Part shown: positions 16,352 to 29,769 of the stretch, in pieces | How the letters are laid out: the number at the start of each line of letters is the position of its first letter | Position numbering within the stretch: position 1 is the stretch's first letter | NCBI RefSeq assembly: GCF_009914755.1 | Contig: NC_060926.1 | Length of the DNA: 64,000 nt | Origin: the human T2T-CHM13v2.0 reference genome, Homo sapiens | Reading direction: 5' to 3' (one strand) | Program-made: the position numbers and the translations under genes | Notes under the pieces: generated by a model | What the model was told of the DNA's origin: nothing | The model's input: only the letters and a program-made list of their open reading frames with translations | The model's database searches: none

Positions 16352-17641
16352 TCACAGGATCTTTCTCCTATAAACCACAGAATTTTCTTATGCCCTGTCA
16401 TCTGAAAGATTCCCCTCTCCATATCCTGGTTATTTCATTGTTGCCCAGTTTTGAGGCAGATCTTTCTTTCATTGTTTTCTGAAGCTGACAGTCTGACCTT
16501 AGCGTTGATCGAGGGTACAGGTTATTAACTTAACAGGAGCCAGTTACGATCCATGTTTGCGCTGTCTGCTGTCCGCATTTGAATTTTTTTGAAATGAGGT
16601 GTATTTCAAACAAGTTAATTGCTGTGCTGATGCTCACAGTCAGTGAATGCACCAAGAAATAAGCTAGACTTCACTTTGTAGTAGGAAAAAAACTGACTAG
16701 ATAGGAAACAAAAAATAGGATTGCATTTTAGTTTCTATTGTCGTTCAGGACAGATATATGCAACCACAGAAGATAATTTGAAGGAGCAAAAATGTAAACA
16801 GAAAAATTTGAGAAAGAAATAAAGTTAACCGAGCACACTAATTTAAGTTGACTTCCGTGACTGGTGGACTAGGGGAGAGTCTTGAGGGAACCCAAAGAAA
16901 ATGAATTTTAGTCTTCACAAATCCAGCATTCCTGAGTAATGGTTTGGCTTGGGGTTGAAGAAGTCAGAGTAAAATAAAGGAAGAAAATGAACTTTAGGGA
17001 TCCCTAGAGAAAGGTAAAACTGTCTGAAATGGTTGGAGAGGTTTTATAATTCCTAGAGCATCCAAGTAAAACGTATCTTTAGAGAGCAAAAATGGGACAT
17101 TCTACTCCATGTCAGCAACACCCCTATGTAGTTACACCCTGCCCCTCCCATTCACCTCGAGATCTGCTGCACCACCGTAAGAAAATGTCTTATCTTTCAT
17201 AATAATGGCTTCTTATGGTGTTCCTACTGGCTCCTTACAGACAAAACAAACTAGAAAAAGTAAGGAGCATAGCTGTGTGTTTATAACTTTTGTGGCCATA
17301 TTCATTTAACTTAAGTACTTGAGTCATGTATCAAGCATACTTTTAAGGGAATATCACAGGTAAATTACTTAACTTCTCTATGTTTCCATTTCCTAGTCTA
17401 TAAAATGGAGATATTAAGGTCTAATTTATAGGATATGAGTCTAAACCATACAGAGGGTTGTTTAGCATGATACATAGAAAGCATTTGATACGTGAAATAA
17501 TGAGAGTTATTATCAGCTACAGAGATTCTGGGGAAAGACTGAGACTGGGGTTCCAGTCACTGGGGCTGTTGGTTACTTTCCTAGATGAAAAATGAGAAGC
17601 AAGTTGTTTGGAGCCCACTTCAGGGGTCTAATACTCACATT

Positions 17642-17689
17642 GCCTGTGGCCATGCCACCTTGAGTGTGCCTAGTCTCATCTAATCTCAG
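17642..17689 (+). pseudogene. 5S rRNA 5' fragment (tailless retro-fragment), copy A
   Basis: gcctgtggccatgccaccttgagtgtgcctagtctcatctaatctcag aligns to 5S nt 1-48 (GTCTACGGCCATACCACCCTGAACGCGCCCGATCTCGTCTGATCTCGG), largely through CpG decay. Confidence 0.75.
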
Positions 17690-18601
17690 CACAATCACTT
17701 GGTAACTTGGTGTCCATAAAAATATCCTGCATTTTAAAAACTATGGTAGAGTATTCTTGATTCTAAATTAAAAACCAAGCTTAACTATTGCAACCAACCA
17801 ATTTCCTTATCAATTGCCCAACTGTAAAAATGATGCTATCAATAGCTTTAGCAAACATGTATACTGCTTCTGGTCATATTGTATATTTTTTAAAAAATAT
17901 TCTTTGACTTAAAGCCTATTACTTTCTTCTATGCCTGTTTAATTTTTGCCATTGTCTAGGTCTATAAGGTCTTCGTGACTTCCATAACAAATGCAATTAA
18001 TCTGTATGCCTTTTAATTAGAATTACATGTATGGGGTCTATTTATTCTGTGACTTCAAACTTTCTTCTATAGGATAGTTAATATATAAAGTACATTAGGG
18101 ATTCACAATTACCGTTTAAAACTCATTATTGACAGTGCTTAGCAGCAATACCATAATGTTATAAACACATCTATATGTTTCTTTTACTATCTTGCTTTGT
18201 GCAGTTGTCTCCCAAAACAAATTCTCCAAATTTAACAAGGAAAATTACATTGCTAATTAGATTTAGGAAACAGCCTGGAAACTAATGAAAAAATAAACTT
18301 AGAAATACGGGACAATTAATTCAAAATTATCCATGAAATCTTTACTGCTGCCATGTAAGGTACATTTTCAATTTATTTTTTATAACGCTTGTAAAACAGT
18401 GCTTTAAGTAATATATAAGAGCATGAAGAATAACTAGTGGAAGAAAGCACAGAACGAAATTCTTGCCTATGTGGAAAGAGTCTCTTCATTTTCTTGAATA
18501 TTTTAGATAAATATTACTTATATAATTTTAAGATTTCTTTTACAGTATTGGATGGAACCCCCTATTTAAGTCAGTTTGAAATAAGTGATACCATAATTTG
18601 A

Positions 18602-18615
18602 CAGTAGATGGCACT
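18602..18615 (+). promoter_or_regulatory. CTCF-like motif with nearby AP-1 site
   Basis: CAGTAGATGGCACT, with TGAGTCA at 18639-18645. Confidence 0.45.
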
Positions 18616-21238
18616 ATTGTTATTCTCTAACAATGTGCTGAGTCAGAGTGGGCTCAGCTCAAAAGACGCACATTTTTTCTTTTAAAGCAGGACTACCATC
18701 CAAGAATCAATCTTGGAAGTCACTATTCATTGGAAATGACACCAAGGTTTTATTCTTTCGCCACTCTTTCATTTAAAAGAACAAAATTTCCTTCACACCT
18801 CTACTGTTAATTGCTCTCTTGTGGTTGTCTAAAATTCTTCGATGTGTAATTTGATTTTAAATATTGTATTGCTTTTGCTGGCACAACAGAACAACATTTT
18901 ACATAAATGATGCTAAGAAAAATCTATCTCTTCGTGGTAAAGATACTAAAACTCTTTACTCACCTTTGATATTTCTTATCCCTCTTTAATAGTATTGCAT
19001 GTATAACGTAACGGTGATCATGAAAGTTAGAGTCAACTTAATTTTTATGGGGAAGATTATCTGTGTTTACATTTTCTTGCAAATTGTTGAAATTACCTCC
19101 CTCAGCTCTTTTTGTCAATCCCAAATCCATTTACTGCTACTTTTTATCCTAAAAAAAGCAAAACAATAATAGCAACAACAACAAAAATTTAGTTCTTTAC
19201 TTTTCCCTGCAATGAATGGGCTGTTTGTATTGTCCAGCTTAATACCAAGTCAGCCATTAGTGACTAATGGATTAGCAGCTTGAAAAGGTGGATATTATTG
19301 ACAGGCACAAATGGATTTCTAAGCATTTCTCTAAAACTACTTGCTATTGTTCCTTTCACGGGAGCAATTAGGCATGTCAATCTTCTTTTGCAATTTTTGT
19401 TTTTGTTCCAATCAAAAAAATAGGGTTTGCAATTCTAGGATTTTCATTTTGCTTCAATCTTGGGGATCTAGTCTGCCTTTCAAGGATTTTCATAGTTGAT
19501 TAATGGTGTGAAATAATGCATTGATAGAGGAATTATTTGGAAGCAATTCTAGGGTGATTATCTGTTTTTGTTTTATTTGCTATTGTGCTTTCCTTTAACT
19601 CAAAAAAGTGAAAGATAATTATTATATTTGATCTTGTGTACATGTTTGTGATTTTCTTCAACATACTAGGAGTGTCTTTTATCTGTTACAAAGACATTTT
19701 TAGTCCAAGTAATTTGGGCATAAAGGGTACACTCTATGATTCCTCTATACATTATATTTAATCCACTACTAGAGCCAAGAAAAAGCCAAATTTAAATAAG
19801 TGATTTGAAAATTTTGTATTTAAACTGAAATGGTATAAACAAAGGTGGAACATGTTTACAGGAAGATTAAAAGAGTTCCGACATTGCATTTTGTCTAGGT
19901 GCCTGGCATCAGTCAACTCTACTATTCTATAGGTATTGCTATTCTTTGTATTTATGGTTGGTATTAGCGGCAAAATAGCTTGCAGCTGGTGCTGAATGCC
20001 TCAGCCTTATTATTAGAGCTATTGAGATAAAATTATCTCTACTTTCTATTTCAAATTGGTTCAAGTCTATCAAGTTCAAGGCTTTGACCTCTTTGTTTTC
20101 ATTAGAATCCATGTAAGACAAGGAATATTATCTCTGTAGGTGTTTTAGGCGCTTTATACTGTAATTCAAATAGGAGAGGTTCGTGTGTGTACCTTGGAGT
20201 GGAGCAACATTCTTATACCTCTTTGTGTCCTGTTCCTGGTATGCTGCCATATACAGGCTAGTATGTCGTTCAGCAAATTATTTGTTAAAGCTTTAAATAG
20301 GACAGCTGGCTATATAAGCCTGACAATTTGCTCTTCAAAGTTTAATCTGCCAGGGACTACTCAGTCAGCTTGTCTTTTAAGCAGGGCATTGATTCTCTCT
20401 TCCACCTTCTCTAGGGACCAAGACGTTTCCTAAAAATATTATTCTGTTCTACTTGTGCCTTGCTTTGAAAAATACCTGAAGATTCTTGTTGCTGGGTCAC
20501 ATTTATTTTTTAATTTGAGACTTCAGCAAGACAATACAAAAGATTAGCTGAGAAGTACAGAAACCATACATGTGTAGTGTGTGATTTTTACAATCTATAA
20601 ACTTGAAAATGTGATTTATTTACATTCAGGTGATTTTAGTTATTTCTGAAGTTTCTCTCAAGCATTTGAGGTTTAAACTCAGTTAAGTTCAGGGTTTCAT
20701 CTTGCTCCCTTCTGTCTGAATTGGATTTTAAATCATGAGGCTGTAGAAAGTTCTGGGGTTGCCTCAGGTTACCCAACTGTGACCTGCATCTCATGCTGCC
20801 ATCTCTATTCTCCAGCTCCATTGCACTCTGGCACTAGGATCACATGCGAGGCAACTGCTTCTAGGAGTTCCAGATGTGCAGTGGGCCATTCTTTTTTCGT
20901 CTTGGATCAGCACTCTTATGTAGCGGTCTACTACTTTTCTCTCTACCTTCCTTGCTCCATCACCCACTTGACCTAAAGGAGAACAAGACCCAAGTCTTCC
21001 CATACCAGGGTGACATTCTGTCAATGTTGACTCCGTAGGTTCTCTTCTTCCACTCCTCTTGGAAGCTCTTACCTGATCTAAGAGGAAGGTGAAAAGCAAA
21101 GCAAAGCAAAACAAAGCAAACACCTTCCGCCATAGGCACTCTTCTACATAGTTTCTCTCCTTCAGACATTGATTGTTAGCCTTCTAGGGTAACATACTTG
21201 TGTGGAAGTATGAGATGGGAAGGAGGCACTTCAACTAA

Positions 21239-21585
<347 letters not shown>

Positions 21586-22002
21586 CATCCCAGTTTTAAC
21601 ACAGTATAATGAACTCTATAAGGAACGAGTACTGGGGACTTTTGAAATCTTTGTAATACCTCTATAAAGGATTATTAGCTCCTGTTTCCAAGTGGACTTA
21701 GAAAGACAAAGATGTAGCAACAGCATATTACAGAGCAGCATGATGCCAGTGTAAATTCAATGTTACCTATCAGTCTTCTCTTACTGGGATATTAGTCAAA
21801 ATTTCAGGCAGAAATGTTAGGAAAATAGATTTGCTAATTCTGGTTTCGTTGTCTCCTGCCATCATACCTGTTCTCAATCATCTGCTCCTGCAATTAGGGA
21901 TAATCTACATCTAATTTTTTTATTTATTCCAGTTCATGTCAGAATGGTTATATCCTGTATCAGCACTGATATCTTCTGTCTGGCGTTCTCAGTACACAGA
22001 CC

Positions 22003-22212
22003 AAGGGTTCTCAATCTTGGAGCTATTGACACTTTAGATCAGATGATTCTTGGTCGTGCAGGACTGTCTTGCGTATTTTAGCAACATCTCTGACCTCTGC
22101 CTCCTAGAGGCCAGTAGTACTTTCTCCAATCCGGCCAACCAAACACGTCTCCAGACATTGTCCAATGTCTCCTGGAGGGCAAAATCACCCACCTCCCATT
22201 AAGAAATACTGC
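22003..22212. mobile_element. MER20-like DNA transposon relic
   Basis: ggttctcaatcttgg..ctattgacactttagatcagatgattctt..gtctccagacattg..aatgtctcctggagggcaaaatcaccc. Confidence 0.8.
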
Positions 22213-23477
22213 ATAGGATTTTTATCTGTAATTTCACTGCTCCAGTATTATTTCTATTCTTTACTTGAGAATCCAGTTTTGTAGGACTTCAAATTTGTAT
22301 CATTCTGGGTACTGTCAGACAAAAAGAAAAAATTATGATAATAAAACTGAGCATAAAATTTAATAATTATTTTGAATGATAAAAAAGAAATTACAATAAA
22401 TAACAAATTTTGAAAAGCTGACAAACACAACTATCACGAAATTCAGAAAAAATACAATTTTTTAAAATTCAGCTGTTTATAACACACCTATGGCCTACAT
22501 TTTCAGCTGCCTATTTTTTCAATAAAAATGTTATTTTGTATGTTTAAAAAACATTTATATGATTTTTTAAAATAACTTTTTTGTGTATGTGATGAATTTT
22601 TAATATTTTCAAAACAGAGGGAATAGGTGATTTATAGTTACCTATTATAGTGTTTATAATAGTAAATGTTGCATTATCGAGTTTATTCATAACAGGAGAA
22701 TATTTCTGTTTTCACTTGTCAACTATGAAAATAAAATTCTTTGCTCACAGTTTTACAGGCTTGATATTTGGAAGAATTTTCTATGGGCTAGCTTCTGGGT
22801 CCACACATTTCAAACCATTTTCATCTTCCACTCCACACATTCTTTTGGTTCTCAGCACCATAGGACATATTCATATAGAAATTCAACCTGTACCTTTTCA
22901 CATTGCTGGCACAATCCTGGGTAAGTCACCAAGGGAATGGAGTGGGCATAGGACACCAAAAATGCTGGTGACCACCTTAATATCCCATTATACAAGATAG
23001 AACTGTCATGAGAGGACATTAGAATGGACAGAGACATCTTAATTGACAGTAAAACATCATATTTTTTGCAAAATTTTCAAACCTTTATTTCAGTACAAAT
23101 ACATTCCTAGGTATCATCTAGGGCCATGGAAGTGACGTGTAAATGAGGAACCCTGAAACATTAACACTAATGATTTAAAGCAAACACGTTTAACCATAGC
23201 TGCTGCTACGGGGGAAACAATGGGGGAGATAGAGGATAAGAGAATACCTAGGCAGGATATTTATATTGGGTTACAGGAAACAAGCAGGGAATTATGGGTT
23301 CTTATTTTCTAAAAAATGGGAGGGAAAATTTCCTAGCATTAGTCAACAAAGAAGTTTTATTTTCTACCTTAAAGTTAATAAACCCCCCCGTCAAAAACTT
23401 ACATAGAAAAACAGTATTTTGTAGCCCTTATGACACACAGGGTACATTCCCACTGCATTAAGAGCACCCACTTTTTG

Positions 23478-24542
23478 ATGGGCAAACACTTCATGATTAA
23501 AACAGCAAAAGCAATTGCAACAAAAGCCAAAATTGACAAATGGGATCTAATTAAACTAAAGAGCTTCTGCACAGCAATATAAATTATCATCAGATTGAAC
23601 AGGCAACCTACAGAATGGGAGAAAATTTTTGCAATCTATCCATCTGACAAAGGGCTAATATCCAGAATCTACAAGGAACTTAAACAAATTTACAAGAAAA
23701 AAACAAACAACCTCATCAAAAAGTGGGCAAAGGATATGAACAGACACTTTTCAAACGAAGACATTTATGCAGCCAACAAACATGAAAAAAAGCTCATTAT
23801 CACTGGTCATTAGAGAAAGGCAAATCAAAACAACAATGAGATACCTTCTCACGCCAGTGAGAACGGCAATCATTAAAAAGTCAGGAAACAACAGATGCTG
23901 GAGAAAATGTGGAGTATAGGAATGCTTTTACACTGTTGGTGGGAGTGTAAATTAGTTCAACCATTGTGAAAGACAGTGTGGCGATTCCTCAAGGATCTAG
24001 AACTAGAAATACCATTTGACCCAGCAATCCCATTACTGGGCATATACCCAAAGGATTATAAATCATTCTACCCTAAACACATGCACACATATGTTTATTG
24101 CAGCACTATTCACAATAGCAAAGACTTGGAACCAACCCAAATGCCATCAATGTTGGACTGGATAAAGAAAATATGGCACATATACACGATGGAATACTAT
24201 GCAGCCACAAAAAAGAATGAGTTCATATCCTTTGCAGGGACATGGATGAAGATGGAAACCATCATTCTCAGCAAACTAACACAGGAACAGAAAACCAAAC
24301 ACCACATGTTCTCACTCATAAGTGGGAGTTGAACAATGAGAACATATGGGCACAGGGAGGGGAACATCACACACCGGGGCCTGTCAGCCGGTAGGGGGCT
24401 AGGGGAGGGATAGCATTAGGAGAAATACCTAATGTAGATGATGGGTTGATGGGTGCAGCAAACCACCATGGCACATGTATACCTGTGTAACAAACCTGCA
24501 CGTTCTGCACATGTATCCTGGAACTTAAAGTATTAAAAAAAA
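23478..24542 (+). mobile_element. L1PA 3' fragment (end of ORF2 plus 3'UTR), 5'-truncated and frameshifted
   Basis: Track ORFs 23595 and 23976 give L1 ORF2 C-terminal peptides ([12 protein letters not shown]; EIPFDPAIPLLGIYPK), followed by 3'UTR and an A tail. Confidence 0.95.
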
Positions 24543-24990
24543 TAGCCATTCCATTTCTAAGAGGTAATTTATATTAGTTACATGTGGAAGGGGAAAAGTT
24601 TGGGTTATTTTTCAAAATTGTTTAAGTCCTGAGAAATGTGACATGTTTTTTACTTTCTAATAGTTCTATGAATAAAAGAGATAGCCTAAACTAGAAAAAA
24701 AAAAGAATCACAAGTAAATTGCTTAATTTCTTTATGCCTCCATTTTCTAATCTGTACAATGGAAGACATTACTGTCTATTTATAGGGTATGATGAGTCTA
24801 ATCCATACAGATGTACAATACACAGAAAGAATTCAATACATCCAATAAAGACAGTTATCATTAGCCAAGTACATTCTCTAGGACAGATGAAGATTGAAGC
24901 TGTCGTCACTGGGATTATTGGTCACCTTCTAGATGCAAACTAAGAAGCACATTGTTTGGAGCCAACTCTTGGGTTTCTAATCCCAGCACT

Positions 24991-25038
24991 GTTTCCAGCC
25001 ATACCACCCTGAATGTGCCTGATCTTCTCTAATTCCAG
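24991..25038 (+). pseudogene. 5S rRNA 5' fragment (tailless retro-fragment), copy B
   Basis: gccataccaccctgaatgtgcctgatct matches the 5S 5' end. It is flanked by TCTAATYCCAGCAC repeats at 24976-24989 and 25028-25041. Confidence 0.85.
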
Positions 25039-26211
25039 CACCATCACTTGGTAGATTTATGTCCTTAGGAAAGTTCTTAACTTCTCTGTGAAGTTTCCTC
25101 TCCTGTAAAGCTGAGGTAAACCCTATAATTCATAGGGTTTGCTTTTACTAGTGGTGCCGTTATTATCATTATTTCCAAATCATATTCATATTTTTAAAGT
25201 ATTGCTTATATGAGGGAAGCATATTGTTTAAGCAGATTTTGTGTAGCCTGATATTCAAACAGAACAGGGCAAGTTACATTTGATAACTGACTTGCATAAT
25301 CAAGGTATTTTATAACTGAATGGGATTGTTTCTCTTTGTTTCTCCATGCCTTTATGCTGAAGAACACTTTACCCTGTAACCTAAAATTTTCGTGGTCTCA
25401 CTTGATCAAAATCCCTCAAGGAGATTTTTCTTTTTTTTTTTTACAACCTGGTTGATGTTTATGGGAATACGTTGAAGGAGATCTTTTTATCCTCAGCCAC
25501 TCTGTGAGATTTATGTAATTTAGAATTTTGTTGTGATGTTCTCGACAGCCGGGGGAAGACATGGAATTGTAATGGCACACTCAGACACAAAACAATCTGG
25601 GGCTGTGATGCATCTAGAGTTTTTATAGCCTAATTGCTGTAGAACATAAAACACCAAAAGCTCCAATTCTGCCTCACCTGGTAATGACACTGCCTGAAAA
25701 TAGGTTGTTATGGTACTGGAAGGGGCTGGGTTGAGAGGGAAACCAAGAAGCTACTATGATTAGGAGAAAAAGGGCCTGTTCATATAAGCTTCCATGGAAA
25801 ATTATTTCTTTTAGCAAGAACAGAGGCATTGCAGAAACCGGTTCCAGGAGACTATTGGGAATCACAAAGTCAGTAAAATATCCTTAATTTTTGCAAGCTA
25901 AAGTGTCTCTCTCTTCATTTTATTATCAAGTGTACAATAAGTAGGTAGGGGCCTGATTTTAGTTAGTTGCACAAATTTAGTAATTTTATAGTAGTTATAG
26001 TGAAAACACAGTGTATTCTCATGGGAGCAAAAGGACATTGTAGTTTTGCAAACAGCAATACTCTGTAACCTGAGTATTTACATAAAGGAAAGTTTCATGT
26101 AAAGTTAGTTCATAAAGTGTGTTAGATACAACCAGACGTATGTAGAGTTAATTGAGTATTATTTAGAAATCCAGTCGCTGATGACATACCAAGTAACTCT
26201 GGAGTAATTTC

Positions 26212-26745
26212 TGTTTTCCCCAGCTTTATTGAGGTATAATTGAAAAATTAAAATGGTATATAAATTTAATGTGTACAACATGATGTTTTGATATATATAT
26301 GCACATTGTGAAATAATTACCACAATCAAGCTGTTTGACATATTATCATCTCACATAGTTCCCTTTTTTTGTGGTGAGACTGCTTAAAATCTACTCTCTT
26401 TGCAAATTTCAGGTATAAAATGCATTATTATTAACTATATTCACCATACTAAGTTTTCCAGAACTTATTCATCCTAAGACTGCAAGTTTGTGCCTTTGAC
26501 CAACATCTCCCCATTTTCCCCATTCCCCTGCTTCTGGTAATCATCCTTCTACTGTCTGTCATTATGAGTTCTACCTTTTTTAGATTCCACTTATAAGGCA
26601 GGTCATTCAGTATTTGTCTCTGTGTGGCTACACCATTTTAATTCCCACCAACAGTGTACAAGTTTCCAATTTCTTCACATCCTTGCCAGAACCTATCTTT
26701 TTTCTTTTCGATAATAGCCATCCTAACATATGAGGGAGTATTTCA
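26212..26745 (-). mobile_element. Old L1M 3' fragment
   Basis: cagctttattgaggtataattg..acattgtgaaataattaccacaatcaagct.. is typical L1MA/MB 3'UTR. Confidence 0.8.
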
Positions 26746-27090
26746 TTATTAGTATTATTAACATGTAATAGAAATACTGTATAAGGTTTAAAAATAGTAA
26801 CTCATGTGAAGAGGATAAAAAGTAGTCATGACACACCATCCTTTCCTGTCTTCACATTTGATATGAGTAATTTTTATAAGATTCTGGTACAATGTGGAAA
26901 TAATGATGTTATTTGTTTTATAAGGCTAACAAATTCCATTAAACTTTTTAGAATTAACGTCACTTCAGAAGTTATTTTTTTAAACGAGATTGTATCTCAG
27001 CAATATTGCTTATTCTCCAATCTATTCTTTGTATTTATTCATTAACTGGGGTTAATAAATTTCTGCCATTGTCATGAAAGCTGAAGGTGT

Positions 27091-27370
27091 GGCTGGGTGG
27101 CACAGCGGCTCATGCCTGTAATCCAGCACTTTGGGAGGTCAGCAGTTTGAGATCAGCCTGGCCAACATGGTAAAACTCCATCTCTACTAAAAATACAAAA
27201 ATTAGCTGGGCGTGGTGGTACATGCCTATAATCCCAGCTACTCAGGAGGCTGAGGCAGGAGAATTGCTTGAACCCAGGAGGCAGAGGTTGCAGTGAGCTG
27301 GGATCTCAGTGAGCTGAGATCTCACCACCACACTCCAGCCTGGGTGACAGAATGAGACTGAGACTCTGGC

Positions 27371-27398
<28 letters not shown>
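27091..27398 (+). mobile_element. AluS with left-arm deletion and small right-arm duplication
   Basis: gggaggtcagcagttt skips roughly 25 nt of consensus, and cagtgagctgRgatct is repeated twice. Confidence 0.9.
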
Positions 27399-27401
<3 letters not shown>

Positions 27402-27566
27402 TATGGTGCTTTGTCACCAGGTCATGAGTTGTGCTTGTTCTATGTATCGACCATAGGTAGATTGTGGGTACGATATTGACACCCTCATCCTTTTTAGGCT
27501 GACATTTGGACTTATGGCCAATACCACTACAAGATTGCCTTCCTTAAAAATAAAAATTAAACTATA

Positions 27567-27900
<334 letters not shown>

Positions 27901-28589
27901 TTACTTTAATGTGAATTTTGAATACTTATTTTGTATTTTATAATGCATCCTGTACTCATTATTTTTTATAGTAGTTATAGCAAAAACATAGTGTGTGCTC
28001 ATGGGAACAAAAGGACATTGTAGTTCTGAGAACAGCAATTGAGAATTTAGAAATAAAGAAGGAAGGATATAACTTGAGCAGTGATAGCTCTTTTGGGGCT
28101 ACTTGAATAATCAAAGGGCACTGGAGCGGTTTTATCTCATAGAAAAAGTTCTGTAAACTCTGTAAGAGTCTTACATATTCATTATAAACTGATAGATTTA
28201 TTGAGTACATTTAAGTAATTTAACATGGAAGCAATCTCATGCAAAATCAGAATTTCAATATTTTCTATTTTCTTGATTGGCACAATGCCAAAATTTTCAT
28301 TAGTTCTAACAGGCAAGAAACTGATTTGTGGAAATGATATAATGAATGATATCAGGGAGAAACTGTCCATGTTAATTGTATTCAAGCACTTTTCTATGCC
28401 TGCATAGAGTCTTTCTCATTTTCCAAACCATATTGCCTTAGTCAGTCTTCTTATATCTCTCAGGCTGGTGGAAGGCTAAACTTAAGAATGTTTTCCTAAG
28501 GTTTGGTAGATTGAATTCCTGGGCCCCAATTCTTCAGTCCTTGAAATGGCCTCATGGCAGGTGATTTTTAGACTTGATTTTTGAATTTT

Positions 28590-28892
28590 ACTTTGGTCAA
28601 TGCGGATTTTAGTAGGTGTGACATGTGCAGAGGCCTGAAATATGCTTGAGTGGTTATATTTGCTCTCTTGTGCAGTTGCTTTCTGCTAGAGAAGAACATG
28701 CTTTGTGTAGCCTTGTCCAAGGATGACGAAAGACATGGAAAATACTTGTATTCAACTCGAAGTTTGGAGTCAAGGCCAGCTGAACCTAGCCTAAATCAGC
28801 CGAACCCCAGCTGAGTCACATACGCATATGTTGTCTGCCCTGAATTTTGGAGTGGTTTGTAAGACCACGTTTTTGTAGCAGTAGATGACTGA
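28590..28892. mobile_element. MLT1-like (ERVL-MaLR) LTR remnant
   Basis: Ends ..gaattttggagtggtttgt..gtagcagtagatgactgata, as MLT1 LTRs do. Confidence 0.6.
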
Positions 28893-29467
28893 TAAAGGAT
28901 GAAAGATGTTCTGTTTGCTTAGTAACAGCTTTAGCTTCATTGTGCTAATGAGAAAAATGAAACACTAATTAAGTGATGTGCCTGAGATCAGACCAAACAT
29001 CAGAAAATAATCTGAGACCACCTGTGTCAACATTACTTTACCTTGAGCCAGGGCATTTTAAATAAGACTCTACACCAATAAACATCTTGGTTGTTTGCTT
29101 CAGAAAATTTTTTGCAAAGCAATTTTTCTGGGCAAATAGTTTTCTTATCTGGGCAAATAACTAGTAAGAACATTAGTTTGGTCACCTGAACAAACATCAT
29201 CTATCAGGGTATTAATTAATTTATTAAGACTTACTTTAAAACTTTCAATTCAAATTCTAAACTATTAGGGCATTAACTTGGCCAATTCTAACTAGTTCCC
29301 CTTTTTGCCAATTCTAACTAGTTGCCCTCTTGAAGACCTGGTTTATACCCCATGAGCACAAACTCTAAAACTTCCTGTTCTTCCCTAACCTCTCTACCTT
29401 TGAGAGATGACTCAAACTGTCAAATTGATATTCTTTCCTGCTGAAGTAAATTTAATCACTCAGCTTT

Positions 29468-29769
<302 letters not shown>

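Noticed and set aside
20791-21123. 110-aa minus-strand ORF with a hydrophobic, signal-peptide-like start
   Set aside because: It starts at a non-ATG codon, the hydrophobic stretch is a translated TTTGC simple repeat, and I recognise no homology.
23399-24549. ORFs resembling reverse-transcriptase protein C-terminus
   Set aside because: Frameshifted, 5'-truncated L1 ORF2 remnant.
29281-29330. 26-bp tandem duplication (gccaattctaactagtt..)
   Set aside because: Ordinary slippage duplication with no sign of function.
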